64,000 nucleotides of DNA from an uncultured delta proteobacterium (GTDB lineage: Bacteria > Desulfobacterota > Zymogenia > Zymogenales > Zymogenaceae), in assembly GCA_963792965.1 (NCBI GenBank), contig CAWBYW010000010.1, positions 1 through 64,000 of the forward strand, written 5' to 3'. Below are positions 55,728-64,000 of this stretch, piece by piece. A program made the translations under genes and the position numbers. The notes beneath the pieces are model-generated. The model did no database searches, was not told the origin of the DNA, and worked only from the letters and a program-made list of their open reading frames with translations. The stretch's first letter is position 1; the number at the start of each line of letters is the position of its first letter.

Positions 55728-56298
55728 TTAGGTGCACCTGATTACACGGCTTTCGGTGAAGACGGCCTGGACCGGCCGATCGTGTTCTTCCTCAGGTATT
55801 CGCTCGATCACCTGGAAGTCATAGGCGAGGGCCGCCGTCCTTGCCCTAAATGCTTTTTCTCCGAGCAGACGATCGAAAAACCCCCCGCCGTAGCCGATGC
55901 GAAATCCGCGCTCGTCGAAGACGACGCCGGGAACGACGACGAGGTCGAGCTCGTCATAAGGGACGACCCGCCCGTGATCACGTCGGGGTTCCATGATACC
56001 GTAGGCGCCGGGAGAGAGCAGCGCAAGGTCGGGAAACTGCGCCGTAGATGATGCGCTTCTTGCCAGTCTCGACGCGGGGGAACCCCACTTCTTTCTTCTC
56101 ACCAATTGCCGCACAAAAGACAGATTCCGTAGTAACCTCATTTCTGAGCGGCCAGTAAAGGCCGATTACCGCAGCCTTGCCAAAAAGCTCGTCGGAGACG
56201 AGGCGGCGGCAGATCTGCTCGCTCTTGGCGGATACTTCCGACGAAGACATGCTCAATCGTATCGCGAGGATCTCTTTCCTGAGCCGCTCTTTCGTCAA
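55728..56298 (-). CDS. 5-formyltetrahydrofolate cyclo-ligase (frameshift near 56020)
   Basis: KERLRKEIL, then GAYGIMEP, DLVVVPGVVFD..GFRIGYGGGFFDR, EEHDRPV; canonical position after 6S RNA. Confidence 0.92.
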
Positions 56299-56504
56299 CG
56301 AATAGCTCCGGCGGCGCGATAGCGCGCGCAGGACTTCTTGCCGTTTTCCGGGGTCTAAAGGAAGGGATAGGACGTAATAGATGGAGAGAGTTCCGGTTAT
56401 CTATCTATGTAAAGCCTCTTTACGGCTGATGTTACTCTTTTGCTCATCTATAAGAAAGGTCTTTCCCTTGGATGTGTAACCGTCCGAAAAACGGCATGTG
56501 TAAA

Positions 56505-56697
56505 ATTCATGCCCCCCGCACCGGTGCCGTGTGCGGGTTGTTATTTGAACCTGTTTTTTACAGGTGGGCTCCGTTATGCCGTTTTAGGTTTCCTTTTCTT
56601 AGAAAGGCTTACTCACCGCGGCGACGAACGGTTCCCCGTTTGTTTTTGTTGGCTCAAAAAAGACCCCCTCATCACGAACACGGCAGGGGGCATGAAA
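56505..56697 (-). ncRNA. ssrS: 6S RNA
   Basis: About 190-nt rod whose ends pair (TTCATGCCCCC-TGCCGTG with CACGGCA...GGGGGCATGAA; TTTGAGCC with GGTTCAAA), with A-rich central bubbles; lies upstream of the 5-FTHF cyclo-ligase gene and rny. Ends approximate. Confidence 0.85.
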
Positions 56698-56841
56698 ATC
56701 ATGATACCTCATTCATTGTTGCTATTGACCCATCCGCCGGACGATTCACAGTCGAACAATCCGGCCCGCTGTTCTATACGTATCTCGAGGCCATGAGCAG
56801 CGATCGTTATGGTGCCTCGCTGCAATTACATCCTCTATTAA

Positions 56842-56870
56842 ATTATGAGATTTTACAAATAAAAAGTCAA
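56842..56870 (-). promoter_or_regulatory. sigma70 promoter upstream of 6S RNA
   Basis: Minus strand TTGACT-17 nt-CATAAT. Confidence 0.65.
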
Positions 56871-56921
56871 GAAATTTTGTGGATTTGGACGGTTTTTGGC
56901 GCGGGAAAGAAGAGTTTCGGG

Positions 56922-57845
56922 TTAACCGGTCTTGAAAAGCGCGGCGACGAACTGACGGCGATCGAAACGCTCCAGATCGTCGGCGCCCTCGCCGACGCCG
57001 ATGTACTTGATGGGTACTTTGAGCTCGTCGTAGAGGGGAAAGAGCGCCCCGCCCTTGGCGCTGCCGTCAAGCTTCGTCAGGACGATCCCCGTGACGGTTA
57101 TTTCTTCGTGGAATTTCTTCGTTTGGGCGATGTTGTTCTGACCGATACCCGCGTCCAGCACGAGGAGCGTTTCATGCGGGGCGCCGGGCATCGCCGAGGA
57201 GAGCACGCGCTTGATCTTCTTGAGCTCTTCCATGAGGTTATATTTCGTGTGGAGCCTGCCGGCGGTGTCGACAAAGAGGTAGTCTATCCCCCTGGCCCGT
57301 GCCCGGACCAGGGCGTCGTATGAGACCGCGGCGGGATCGGCCCCCTGTTTCTGCGAGACCACCTCGACGTCGAGACGCCTTCCCCACTCGGAGAGCTGCT
57401 CGATGGCCGCGTCGCGAAAGGTATCTCCCGCGGCAAGGACAACGCTCTTGCCTTCGGAAACGAGGTGACGGGCGATCTTGGCGATCGTCGTGGTCTTGCC
57501 CGTGCCGTTAACGCCAACCACCAGCACAACGGTGGGAGGATCGTCGTTCTCAGCGATGGGCTGTTCGGACCCGTCGAGGATTGAAAGGAGGGATCGGCCG
57601 AGCTGTTCCTTCAGCTCGGTGGGGCCGAGCACGTGCTTCTTTGACCGGAGTGAGAGCTCATCGAGGATCCGGCGCGTCAGCCCGAGCCCGATATCGGCGG
57701 TGATGAGGAGCTCTTCGAGATCGTCCCATGTCTCGTCGGTGGCGGCTCCCGGCCCCGGAATGATCTGATCGAGCCGCTCCGTAAACGTGTGGCGGGTCTT
57801 GGACAGGCCCCTGACCAGGGACGAGAAAAAACCGCCGGGTGTCAT
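56922..57845 (-). CDS. ftsY: SRP receptor FtsY (NG domain only)
   Basis: GLSKTR, GVNGTGKTTT, DTFRDAA, DTAGR, TKLDGSAKGG, GVGE. Confidence 0.97.
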   Translation of the reverse strand: MTPGGFFSSLVRGLSKTRHTFTERLDQIIPGPGAATDETWDDLEELLITADIGLGLTRRILDELSLRSKKHVLGPTELKEQLGRSLLSILDGSEQPIAENDDPPTVVLVVGVNGTGKTTTIAKIARHLVSEGKSVVLAAGDTFRDAAIEQLSEWGRRLDVEVVSQKQGADPAAVSYDALVRARARGIDYLFVDTAGRLHTKYNLMEELKKIKRVLSSAMPGAPHETLLVLDAGIGQNNIAQTKKFHEEITVTGIVLTKLDGSAKGGALFPLYDELKVPIKYIGVGEGADDLERFDRRQFVAALFKTG

Positions 57846-58201
57846 CGGCCTTCCTCGAGGATATCGGTGATCGCCCGGTGCAGCAGGGAAAATGAGAGGG
57901 AGATCATTGGCGTGGGAGAGAGCCGCAAAACCAGGTAGTTCCCGTCCTCGAGGGGAGCCGTGATGATGTAGACCTCATCGGTCCTGATGAAGACCTCACG
58001 GTGTTTTCCCGCGTTTATGCGTTTTTCAATGGTGGAGAGTTTCTGGTGAACGAGCACCATATGGGCCCCGAGGAGCTTCATCTGGTACTCGTTTTCAGGG
58101 GCATAGGTAATGATCTCGTCGCCGTGGCGGTCGACGAGAATACATCCGGACGCATGGGGAATCTCTTCGACGAGCCGCTTTATCGTATCAAGGTACAACA
58201 T
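57842..58201 (-). CDS. Roadblock/LC7 (MglB-like) protein
   Basis: 119 aa; IKRLVEEIPHASGCILVDRHGDEI pattern followed by beta strands EVFIRT..YIITAPL..YLVLRL. Confidence 0.75.
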   Translation of the reverse strand: MLYLDTIKRLVEEIPHASGCILVDRHGDEIITYAPENEYQMKLLGAHMVLVHQKLSTIEKRINAGKHREVFIRTDEVYIITAPLEDGNYLVLRLSPTPMISLSFSLLHRAITDILEEGR

Positions 58202-58211
58202 CGTCGCCCCC

Positions 58212-61200
58212 TTATGAGGTCAATTTAACCGAAACGGTTTTCGATACCCCCGGCTCTTCCATGGTAATGCCGTAAAGAGTATCGGCCATCTCCATGGTTC
58301 TTTTGTTATGGGTAATGAGAATCACCTGAGAAGAGAAGGAAATCTCCTTGAGGAGGTCGATGATCCTCTCGGTATTGACGTCATCCAGCGGCGCATCCAT
58401 CTCGTCCATCATACAGAAGGGGGTCGGCTTGACGATGAAGATGGCGAAAATCAGGGAGATGGTGGTGAGCGCCTTTTCACCGCCGGACAGCAGTGTGATG
58501 CTCGACAGCCTTTTGCCCGGCGGCTGGGCCAGGATGTCAACGCCGCTCTCGAGGGGATCTTCCTCGTCGGTCAGGATCAATCGAGCCCGTCCGCCCGGCA
58601 GGAGTCTGGCGAAAACCTCCCTGAATTTGCCGTCTATCTCCTGGAAGGCCGCCATGAAGCGCTCCCGCGACTTTTTGTCTATTCGCTTTATGGTGCTGTT
58701 GAGCGAATCGAGGGATGTAACAAGGTCCGACTGCTGGGTCTTGAGGAACTCGTATCGCTCGGCCAGCGTGTTATATTCCGAGAGGGCCATGAGGTTTACC
58801 TCGCCGAAGCGATCGATCTTCCGTTTAGTGCTCTCAAGCCGTGACGTGAGCTCTTCGTCGCTGATCTCATCGGAGAGATGGCCGGTATAGACCTCGTTGA
58901 GGTCTTCATGGTGCCGCTCCTGGATGCGGGTGACCAGATTCTCTTTCTCCCAGAGCGATTCCTTCACCCTGTCCCTTTCGGTCTGGATATCCTCGCGGAC
59001 GGACGAGAGGAGCTTGGCCAGCTGCTTCCTCTCTTCGTCCAGCTCACGCTGCCTGATGACGGCCGCGTCGAGCTGCGCTCGCGCGTCTCGTATCAGGTCT
59101 TCGGTCCGTTTTGACTGCTCAATGGCCGAATAAAGCGACTTCTCCGTCTCGCCGATCTTTTGCGTATACTGCTCGATCTCGCCCGTGCCGCTTGCGGCGG
59201 CGGCGTGCTTATTCTCTATATCCCGCTGGGCGCGCTCGATCTGCCGGCGATGCTCCTCGACGGAGGCCAGGAGGTGACGCGCGTTGTCCTGAGCGGTATT
59301 CAACGACAGCTTGATCTCGGTCTGCCGATCTTCAAGCAGGCGCATTTCCTGCCGGCGATCCGCGAGCGACGACTTGAGGCTTTCCGATCGGATCTTCAGC
59401 TCCCCCTCGCCCTTCTCGGCCTCGGTGAGCAGGGTCATGGACTCCTCATACTCTGCCTTCAGTCGCTCGATTTCCGCGCCGTCGCGCTCGATCTCGGACG
59501 TGATGACGGCCAGGGTCTTGAGGAGACGCTCGTGGTCCCGCTCATGCGAGACGAGCTCCTTTTCGACCTCGCTTGCCCGGATGGTGAGCGCCGTGAGCTG
59601 TTGCTCGGTCTCCTTTTCTTCCTTCTGCTGCACCGCCAGCCGCGACCGTGTCTCCTGGAGCCGGGCGGCCTTTTCCGTAAGGCCACGCTCGATCTTTGAA
59701 AGCTCTGTGTCGAGCGTCTTTTTTTCTCGCTTATTTTTAAGGAGAGAGAACTGCTGCTTTAGTCCCCCGCCGCCGAAGATAATGCCGTCGCGGGTAAGCA
59801 CCTCCCCCTCGAGGGTCACGAGGGCGACCTCGGGCCTGTGTTGTTTCCAGATCTCGATGGCGCGGCCGAGGTCCGCCGTTAGACAGGCGCCGCCCAACAG
59901 CGCCGAGAATATGTCGGAATTGGGCCCCTTGACCGTCACGAACTCGTGGAGTCTGCCCATGACACCATCCGCGTCGACCGACGGGCGTCCCGTCTGCCGG
60001 CCCGACTCGCTGACGGAAATAAAGACGGCGCGCCCCGCCTGCGACGTCTTGAGGCGGTCGATGTGGTTCTTTGCGTCTTTCGGGTCCCTGACCACGACGG
60101 CGGAGATCATCTCGCCGAGGTATCCCTCCAGGGCCCTTTCGTGCCGCTCGTCGGATTCGATGAAGTCGGCCAATATTCCGAGGACCCCTTCCCGATCGCC
60201 GCTCATGACGCTCTTTGTCCCCTCGGTGAGCCCCTCGAAGTTCTTCTCCATCTCCTCCAGCGACCGTTTCCTCAGGCTCGCCTTCGTCACGTCGGCTTCC
60301 GCTTCCTGATGCTCTTTTGCGAGGCGGGCCTCCTCTTCCCTGAGGCGGGAAAGATCGTCCTGCACCTTCGAGACGGCCGTGGCGGCCTGGTCGCGCTGCG
60401 AGTTCGTCTTCTCTTTCTCGGCTGCGGCCTGCGAGAGCGCTCGCTCGACTCGCGCGAGCTCCTCGGTCAGGCTTGCTGTCTCCCGTGTCTTTTTGGCAAT
60501 ACCCTCTTCAGAGCGCTCGATCCACTTCTCCGACGAGGTGATGGTGTTGTGCAGCCCGGCGATACGGGATGCCTCGGCCGTCTGGCTCTCCCTGAGGGAT
60601 TCCCACGTAAGAGAAAGCTCATCGATGACCGCCGTGAGCGCGTCGATCTTATCCTCGACGATTTCAAGCTCCTGTCCGTGAGAGCGGGCATCCTGTTGAC
60701 ATCCCTCGATCTCGGCCCCTATCCCTTCGATCCTAACTTCGGTATCCCCGATGAGGCGACTGAGCGCCTCGATATCCCGCGTGAAGACCCCGTTCTGGTT
60801 CTCGGTCATCAATATGCGGTCTTTGAGGTGGTCGATCTGTTGCTCGAGGGTCTTGATGTCGGTCTCGTTGGCGTAGAAGCTCTTCTGGACCTCGGAGAAC
60901 GCCTCCTCCTTTTCGAGGGCGGCCGTTTTCTCTTGTTCGATGGTCCCCTCAAGGACCGAGAAACGGGTCGAGAGGACGGTTTCTTCCCGCTCTTTCTGTC
61001 CGATAACCGCGTTTATCCGGTCGATCTCGGAGCAAAATGAGACGAACTGCTTGGCGGCGGTGATGAGCTCCAGGCGCTTGATCTCGGACTTGAGGCCCTT
61101 GTACTCCTCGGCCTTTTTGGCTTGCTGGGACAGCGAGTCCATTTGCCGCTTCACCTCGCCGATGATATCGCCGATTCGGACGAGGTTGTTCTGGGTGGCC

Positions 61201-61754
61201 TCCATCTTCCGCTGTGACTCGAGTTTCTTGGCCTTGTACTTCGTGATACCCGCGGCTTCCTCGATGATGGTGCGCCGATCGAGCGGCCGCGCGGTGATGA
61301 TATCACCGATCTGGCCCTGGGCGATCATCGAGTAGGTCTTGGATCCGACACCGGTGCCGAGGAAGAGGTCGGTGATGTCTTTGAGGCGGCAGGGAGTCTT
61401 GTTAAGGAAGTATTCGCTTTCCCCCGAGCGGTAGATCCGCCGGCGGACGGTGATCTCGTTGTAGTGGGAGAAGCTGTGAGAAAGGTTTCCGTCGATATTG
61501 CCGAAGGTCAGGGTGACTTCGGCCATCCCGAGGGGCTTTTTCTCGCGGGAGCCGTTGAAGATGATATCCTCCATCGACTTTCCGCGAAGGCTCTTTGCGC
61601 TCTGCTCGCCCAAGGCCCACTTGATGGCGTCCATCAGATTTGATTTGCCGGAGCCGTTGGGCCCGACGATGGCGGTAATGCCGTCGGGGAAGGTGAGGGT
61701 AACCTTATCGATGAAGGATTTAAAACCGATGATGTCGAGTTTCTTTAGTTTCAT
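58212..61754 (-). CDS. smc: chromosome segregation protein SMC
   Basis: GFKSF, GPNGSGKSN, long coiled coils, hinge, LSGGE, DEMDAPLD. Confidence 0.98.
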   Translation of the reverse strand: MKLKKLDIIGFKSFIDKVTLTFPDGITAIVGPNGSGKSNLMDAIKWALGEQSAKSLRGKSMEDIIFNGSREKKPLGMAEVTLTFGNIDGNLSHSFSHYNEITVRRRIYRSGESEYFLNKTPCRLKDITDLFLGTGVGSKTYSMIAQGQIGDIITARPLDRRTIIEEAAGITKYKAKKLESQRKMEATQNNLVRIGDIIGEVKRQMDSLSQQAKKAEEYKGLKSEIKRLELITAAKQFVSFCSEIDRINAVIGQKEREETVLSTRFSVLEGTIEQEKTAALEKEEAFSEVQKSFYANETDIKTLEQQIDHLKDRILMTENQNGVFTRDIEALSRLIGDTEVRIEGIGAEIEGCQQDARSHGQELEIVEDKIDALTAVIDELSLTWESLRESQTAEASRIAGLHNTITSSEKWIERSEEGIAKKTRETASLTEELARVERALSQAAAEKEKTNSQRDQAATAVSKVQDDLSRLREEEARLAKEHQEAEADVTKASLRKRSLEEMEKNFEGLTEGTKSVMSGDREGVLGILADFIESDERHERALEGYLGEMISAVVVRDPKDAKNHIDRLKTSQAGRAVFISVSESGRQTGRPSVDADGVMGRLHEFVTVKGPNSDIFSALLGGACLTADLGRAIEIWKQHRPEVALVTLEGEVLTRDGIIFGGGGLKQQFSLLKNKREKKTLDTELSKIERGLTEKAARLQETRSRLAVQQKEEKETEQQLTALTIRASEVEKELVSHERDHERLLKTLAVITSEIERDGAEIERLKAEYEESMTLLTEAEKGEGELKIRSESLKSSLADRRQEMRLLEDRQTEIKLSLNTAQDNARHLLASVEEHRRQIERAQRDIENKHAAAASGTGEIEQYTQKIGETEKSLYSAIEQSKRTEDLIRDARAQLDAAVIRQRELDEERKQLAKLLSSVREDIQTERDRVKESLWEKENLVTRIQERHHEDLNEVYTGHLSDEISDEELTSRLESTKRKIDRFGEVNLMALSEYNTLAERYEFLKTQQSDLVTSLDSLNSTIKRIDKKSRERFMAAFQEIDGKFREVFARLLPGGRARLILTDEEDPLESGVDILAQPPGKRLSSITLLSGGEKALTTISLIFAIFIVKPTPFCMMDEMDAPLDDVNTERIIDLLKEISFSSQVILITHNKRTMEMADTLYGITMEEPGVSKTVSVKLTS

Positions 61755-61807
61755 GGGTCCCGCGTTGTGATTATTTTTATCACAGCTGAGCGGTCTTGTA
61801 AAGCAAA

Positions 61808-61855
61808 AACTGATATATAGAGTCTATTGAGAGAACCAACCACAAGATGTAGTAT
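61808..61855. promoter_or_regulatory. tandem NrdR-box-like sites upstream of smc
   Basis: CCACAAGATGTAGTAT (61840-61855) fits CWAnATnTWG fully; the weaker AACTGATATATAGAGT (61808-61823) starts 32 bp away. Confidence 0.55.
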
Positions 61856-61867
61856 ACAAGGCTGTTC

Positions 61868-62983
61868 TCAGGCTGAAACAGGGTCTCGCCGGTCGTTTTT
61901 CTCCGGGATGTAGGGACACAACGGCTCCTGTCCGAGATAATCTCCGGAGCTAAAGAGGGCCCGGGCCCTGCACCCGCCGCATACATCCACGTACCGGCAG
62001 ACACCGCACTTGCCCGAGAGAAGGGAGTAGTCGCGCAGGCGCCTAAAAGGCTCGGCGTCATACCAGATGTCTTTGATGGGCGTCTGCCTGATGTTCCCGC
62101 CCGAGACCTCAAGGTAGCCGCAGGGCTGGGTCGTGCCATCGTGAGAGATAAAGAGGAACGATATCCCACCAAGGCACCCCCGGGTGGACGCCGCAAGGCC
62201 GTGGGCGGCCTCGGTGAGGGTCCGTCCCTCCCGAGCCGCAATCTCGCGCTTGATACGCATATACTGGGGGGCGCAGGTGACTTTCACGGGGTAGGGAGCG
62301 GCCTCTTCGTAGCGGACCAGATCCGTAAGCAGTGCCTCATACTGGTCCTTCGTCAGCGAATCGGCGGCCATCTCGGCTCCCCTTCCCGTCGGGACGAGGA
62401 GGAAGAGGTGGTGGGCGTCCACGCCGAGACGTCGGGCGAGGGCCTCGATTTCGGCAAGCTCGCCGATATTGCGCCTGGTGACGGTGGTGTTGATCTGAAA
62501 GGAGAGCCCCTCCGCCTTGGCATGCCCTATGCCGGCCAGCGCCCCCGCGAAGGCCCCTCGGACGCCCCGCAGCGAATCGTGGGATTCGGCGTCCTTCCCG
62601 TCGACCGAAATCGATATCCGTGCGATCCCGGCGTCCATCAGGTCTCTTACGATCGGCCGGTCAAGAAGGGTCCCGTTGGTGGCAAGCACCATCCTGAGCC
62701 CGAGCTCGTTTCCCCCGCGCGCGATATCGAAGAGGTCACGGCGCAACAGTGGCTCTCCTCCGGTGATGATGACGATGGGGGATGAAAAGGACGCGATATC
62801 TCCGAGGAGCCGAAGTGATTCCTGGGTCGAAAGCTCGCCGGAATACGGGCCCCGCCCGGCGGACGCCCGGCAGTGGGCGCACGCCAGATTGCAGGAGCGG
62901 GTGAGCTCCCAGGCAACAAGTCTGAGTGTCGGCGGCGAGCCGCTTGTGGCTTTCATTGGGGCGTGAGGCATTGGAGTTATCAC
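61868..62983 (-). CDS. ahbD: radical SAM heme b synthase AhbD
   Basis: [40 protein letters not shown] Cys motif; coupled to hemB. Confidence 0.88.
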   Translation of the reverse strand: MITPMPHAPMKATSGSPPTLRLVAWELTRSCNLACAHCRASAGRGPYSGELSTQESLRLLGDIASFSSPIVIITGGEPLLRRDLFDIARGGNELGLRMVLATNGTLLDRPIVRDLMDAGIARISISVDGKDAESHDSLRGVRGAFAGALAGIGHAKAEGLSFQINTTVTRRNIGELAEIEALARRLGVDAHHLFLLVPTGRGAEMAADSLTKDQYEALLTDLVRYEEAAPYPVKVTCAPQYMRIKREIAAREGRTLTEAAHGLAASTRGCLGGISFLFISHDGTTQPCGYLEVSGGNIRQTPIKDIWYDAEPFRRLRDYSLLSGKCGVCRYVDVCGGCRARALFSSGDYLGQEPLCPYIPEKNDRRDPVSA

Positions 62984-63954
62984 TCTGTCAGGAGTCTGGC
63001 CGCGTCGGGGGCGAAATAGGTGAGGATCAGGTCGGCGCCCGCGCGCTTAATGGAGACGAGGCTCTCCATCATGACGCGCTCCCCGTCGATCCAGCCGTTT
63101 TTTGCCGCGGCCTTTATCATGGCATACTCGCCGCTGACGTGATAGGCCGCGATCGGAATGTCAAAGCGGTCCCGCACGCGCCTGATCACATCGAGATAGG
63201 GCAGCGCCGGCTTGATCATGATGATGTCCGCGCCCTCATCGATGTCAAGCTCGACCTCCCTGAGCGCCTCCCGGACGTTGGCCGGCGGCATCTGATACGA
63301 GCGACGGTCACCGAAGGCGGGTGCGGAGCCGGCCGCCTCCCGAAAGGGGCCGTAGAAGCTCGAGGCGTACTTGGCGGCGTACGACATGATCGGCACGTCA
63401 AAAAAACCTTCGTCGTCCAGCGCCCGTCGAATAAAGCCGACCCTCCCATCCATCATATCCGAGGGCGCCACGATGTCGGCCCCGGCCTTGGCGTGGGAGA
63501 GGGCCATCCGTGCCAGGAGCTCGAGGGTGGGATCGTTCATGATCTTCCCGTCCGAGACGATGCCGCAGTGCCCGTGGCTCGTATATTCGCACAGGCACAC
63601 ATCCGTGATCACGACGAGGTCCGGCACGCTGTCCTTCACGGCCCTGACGGCGGTCTGGACGACGCCGTCGTCGTCGTAACCCGAGCTTCCCAGCTCGTCC
63701 TTGGTCTGGGGGATCCCGAAGAGGATGACGGCTCCGATCCCCAGACGATGGATCTGTTTTGCCTGTTCAACCAACAGGTCCAGGGACAGTCGGAAGATCC
63801 CGGGCATCGCCGAGATTTCCTCTTTTTTGTCCTTGCCGAAGACGACGAACATCGGATAGATGAAATCGTCGATGGAGAGCCTGGTCTCCTCGACCATCCC
63901 CCGGAGGGTCCCACTCATGCGCATTCGCCTCATCCGCGTCTTCGGAAACGCCAC
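62980..63954 (-). CDS. hemB: porphobilinogen synthase
   Basis: [41 protein letters not shown]; probable GTG start at 63954. Confidence 0.98.
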   Translation of the reverse strand: MAFPKTRMRRMRMSGTLRGMVEETRLSIDDFIYPMFVVFGKDKKEEISAMPGIFRLSLDLLVEQAKQIHRLGIGAVILFGIPQTKDELGSSGYDDDGVVQTAVRAVKDSVPDLVVITDVCLCEYTSHGHCGIVSDGKIMNDPTLELLARMALSHAKAGADIVAPSDMMDGRVGFIRRALDDEGFFDVPIMSYAAKYASSFYGPFREAAGSAPAFGDRRSYQMPPANVREALREVELDIDEGADIIMIKPALPYLDVIRRVRDRFDIPIAAYHVSGEYAMIKAAAKNGWIDGERVMMESLVSIKRAGADLILTYFAPDAARLLTE

Positions 63955-64000
63955 GGTTGTTCTCCAGCCAATGTAACTTTTAGATTTTATCATAAGGGTC

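Noticed and set aside
54483-61335. Long plus-strand ORFs over rny and smc
   Set aside because: Antisense to coiled-coil genes; Ser/Leu/Phe-rich translations are typical shadows.
61850-61859. Third TTGTATAC-like site upstream of smc
   Set aside because: Imperfect, overlaps the better NrdR-like box, and has no metabolic context.

Overview
A 64 kb stretch of GC-rich bacterial chromosome that looks deltaproteobacterial (Desulfobacterota-like; inferred from the split atp operon, the Ahb heme pathway, lexA-dinB and bactofilin after parAB). It is probably origin-proximal: rpmH-rnpA-yidC-jag-mnmE, two parS sites, parA-parB-bactofilin and atpF'FHAGDC. Other blocks are purL/purQ; a lexA-DUF6504-like-dinB cassette carrying many REP-like palindromes; an acyl-CoA ligase/GH32/sugar transporter/hydrolase operon; a CoA ligase-amidohydrolase-SSS cluster; surface-glycan genes including a lower-GC pair; a glycosyltransferase-metallophosphoesterase pair divergent from pstS-porin-arsC across Pho-box-like repeats; and hemB-ahbD-smc-roadblock-ftsY-6S RNA-fau-rny-ymdB-tyrS. 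Many genes carry single-base frameshifts that most likely reflect sequencing or assembly error. I saw no rRNA, tRNA, CRISPR array, transposase or phage gene. The best leads are (1) a candidate phosphate-starvation lipid-remodelling module with back-to-back Pho-box-like arrays, (2) tandem NrdR-like boxes ahead of smc-roadblock-ftsY, (3) the REP mosaic inside the SOS cassette and (4) a possible sugar-ester catabolic operon. All calls come from reading motifs by eye; no searches were run.
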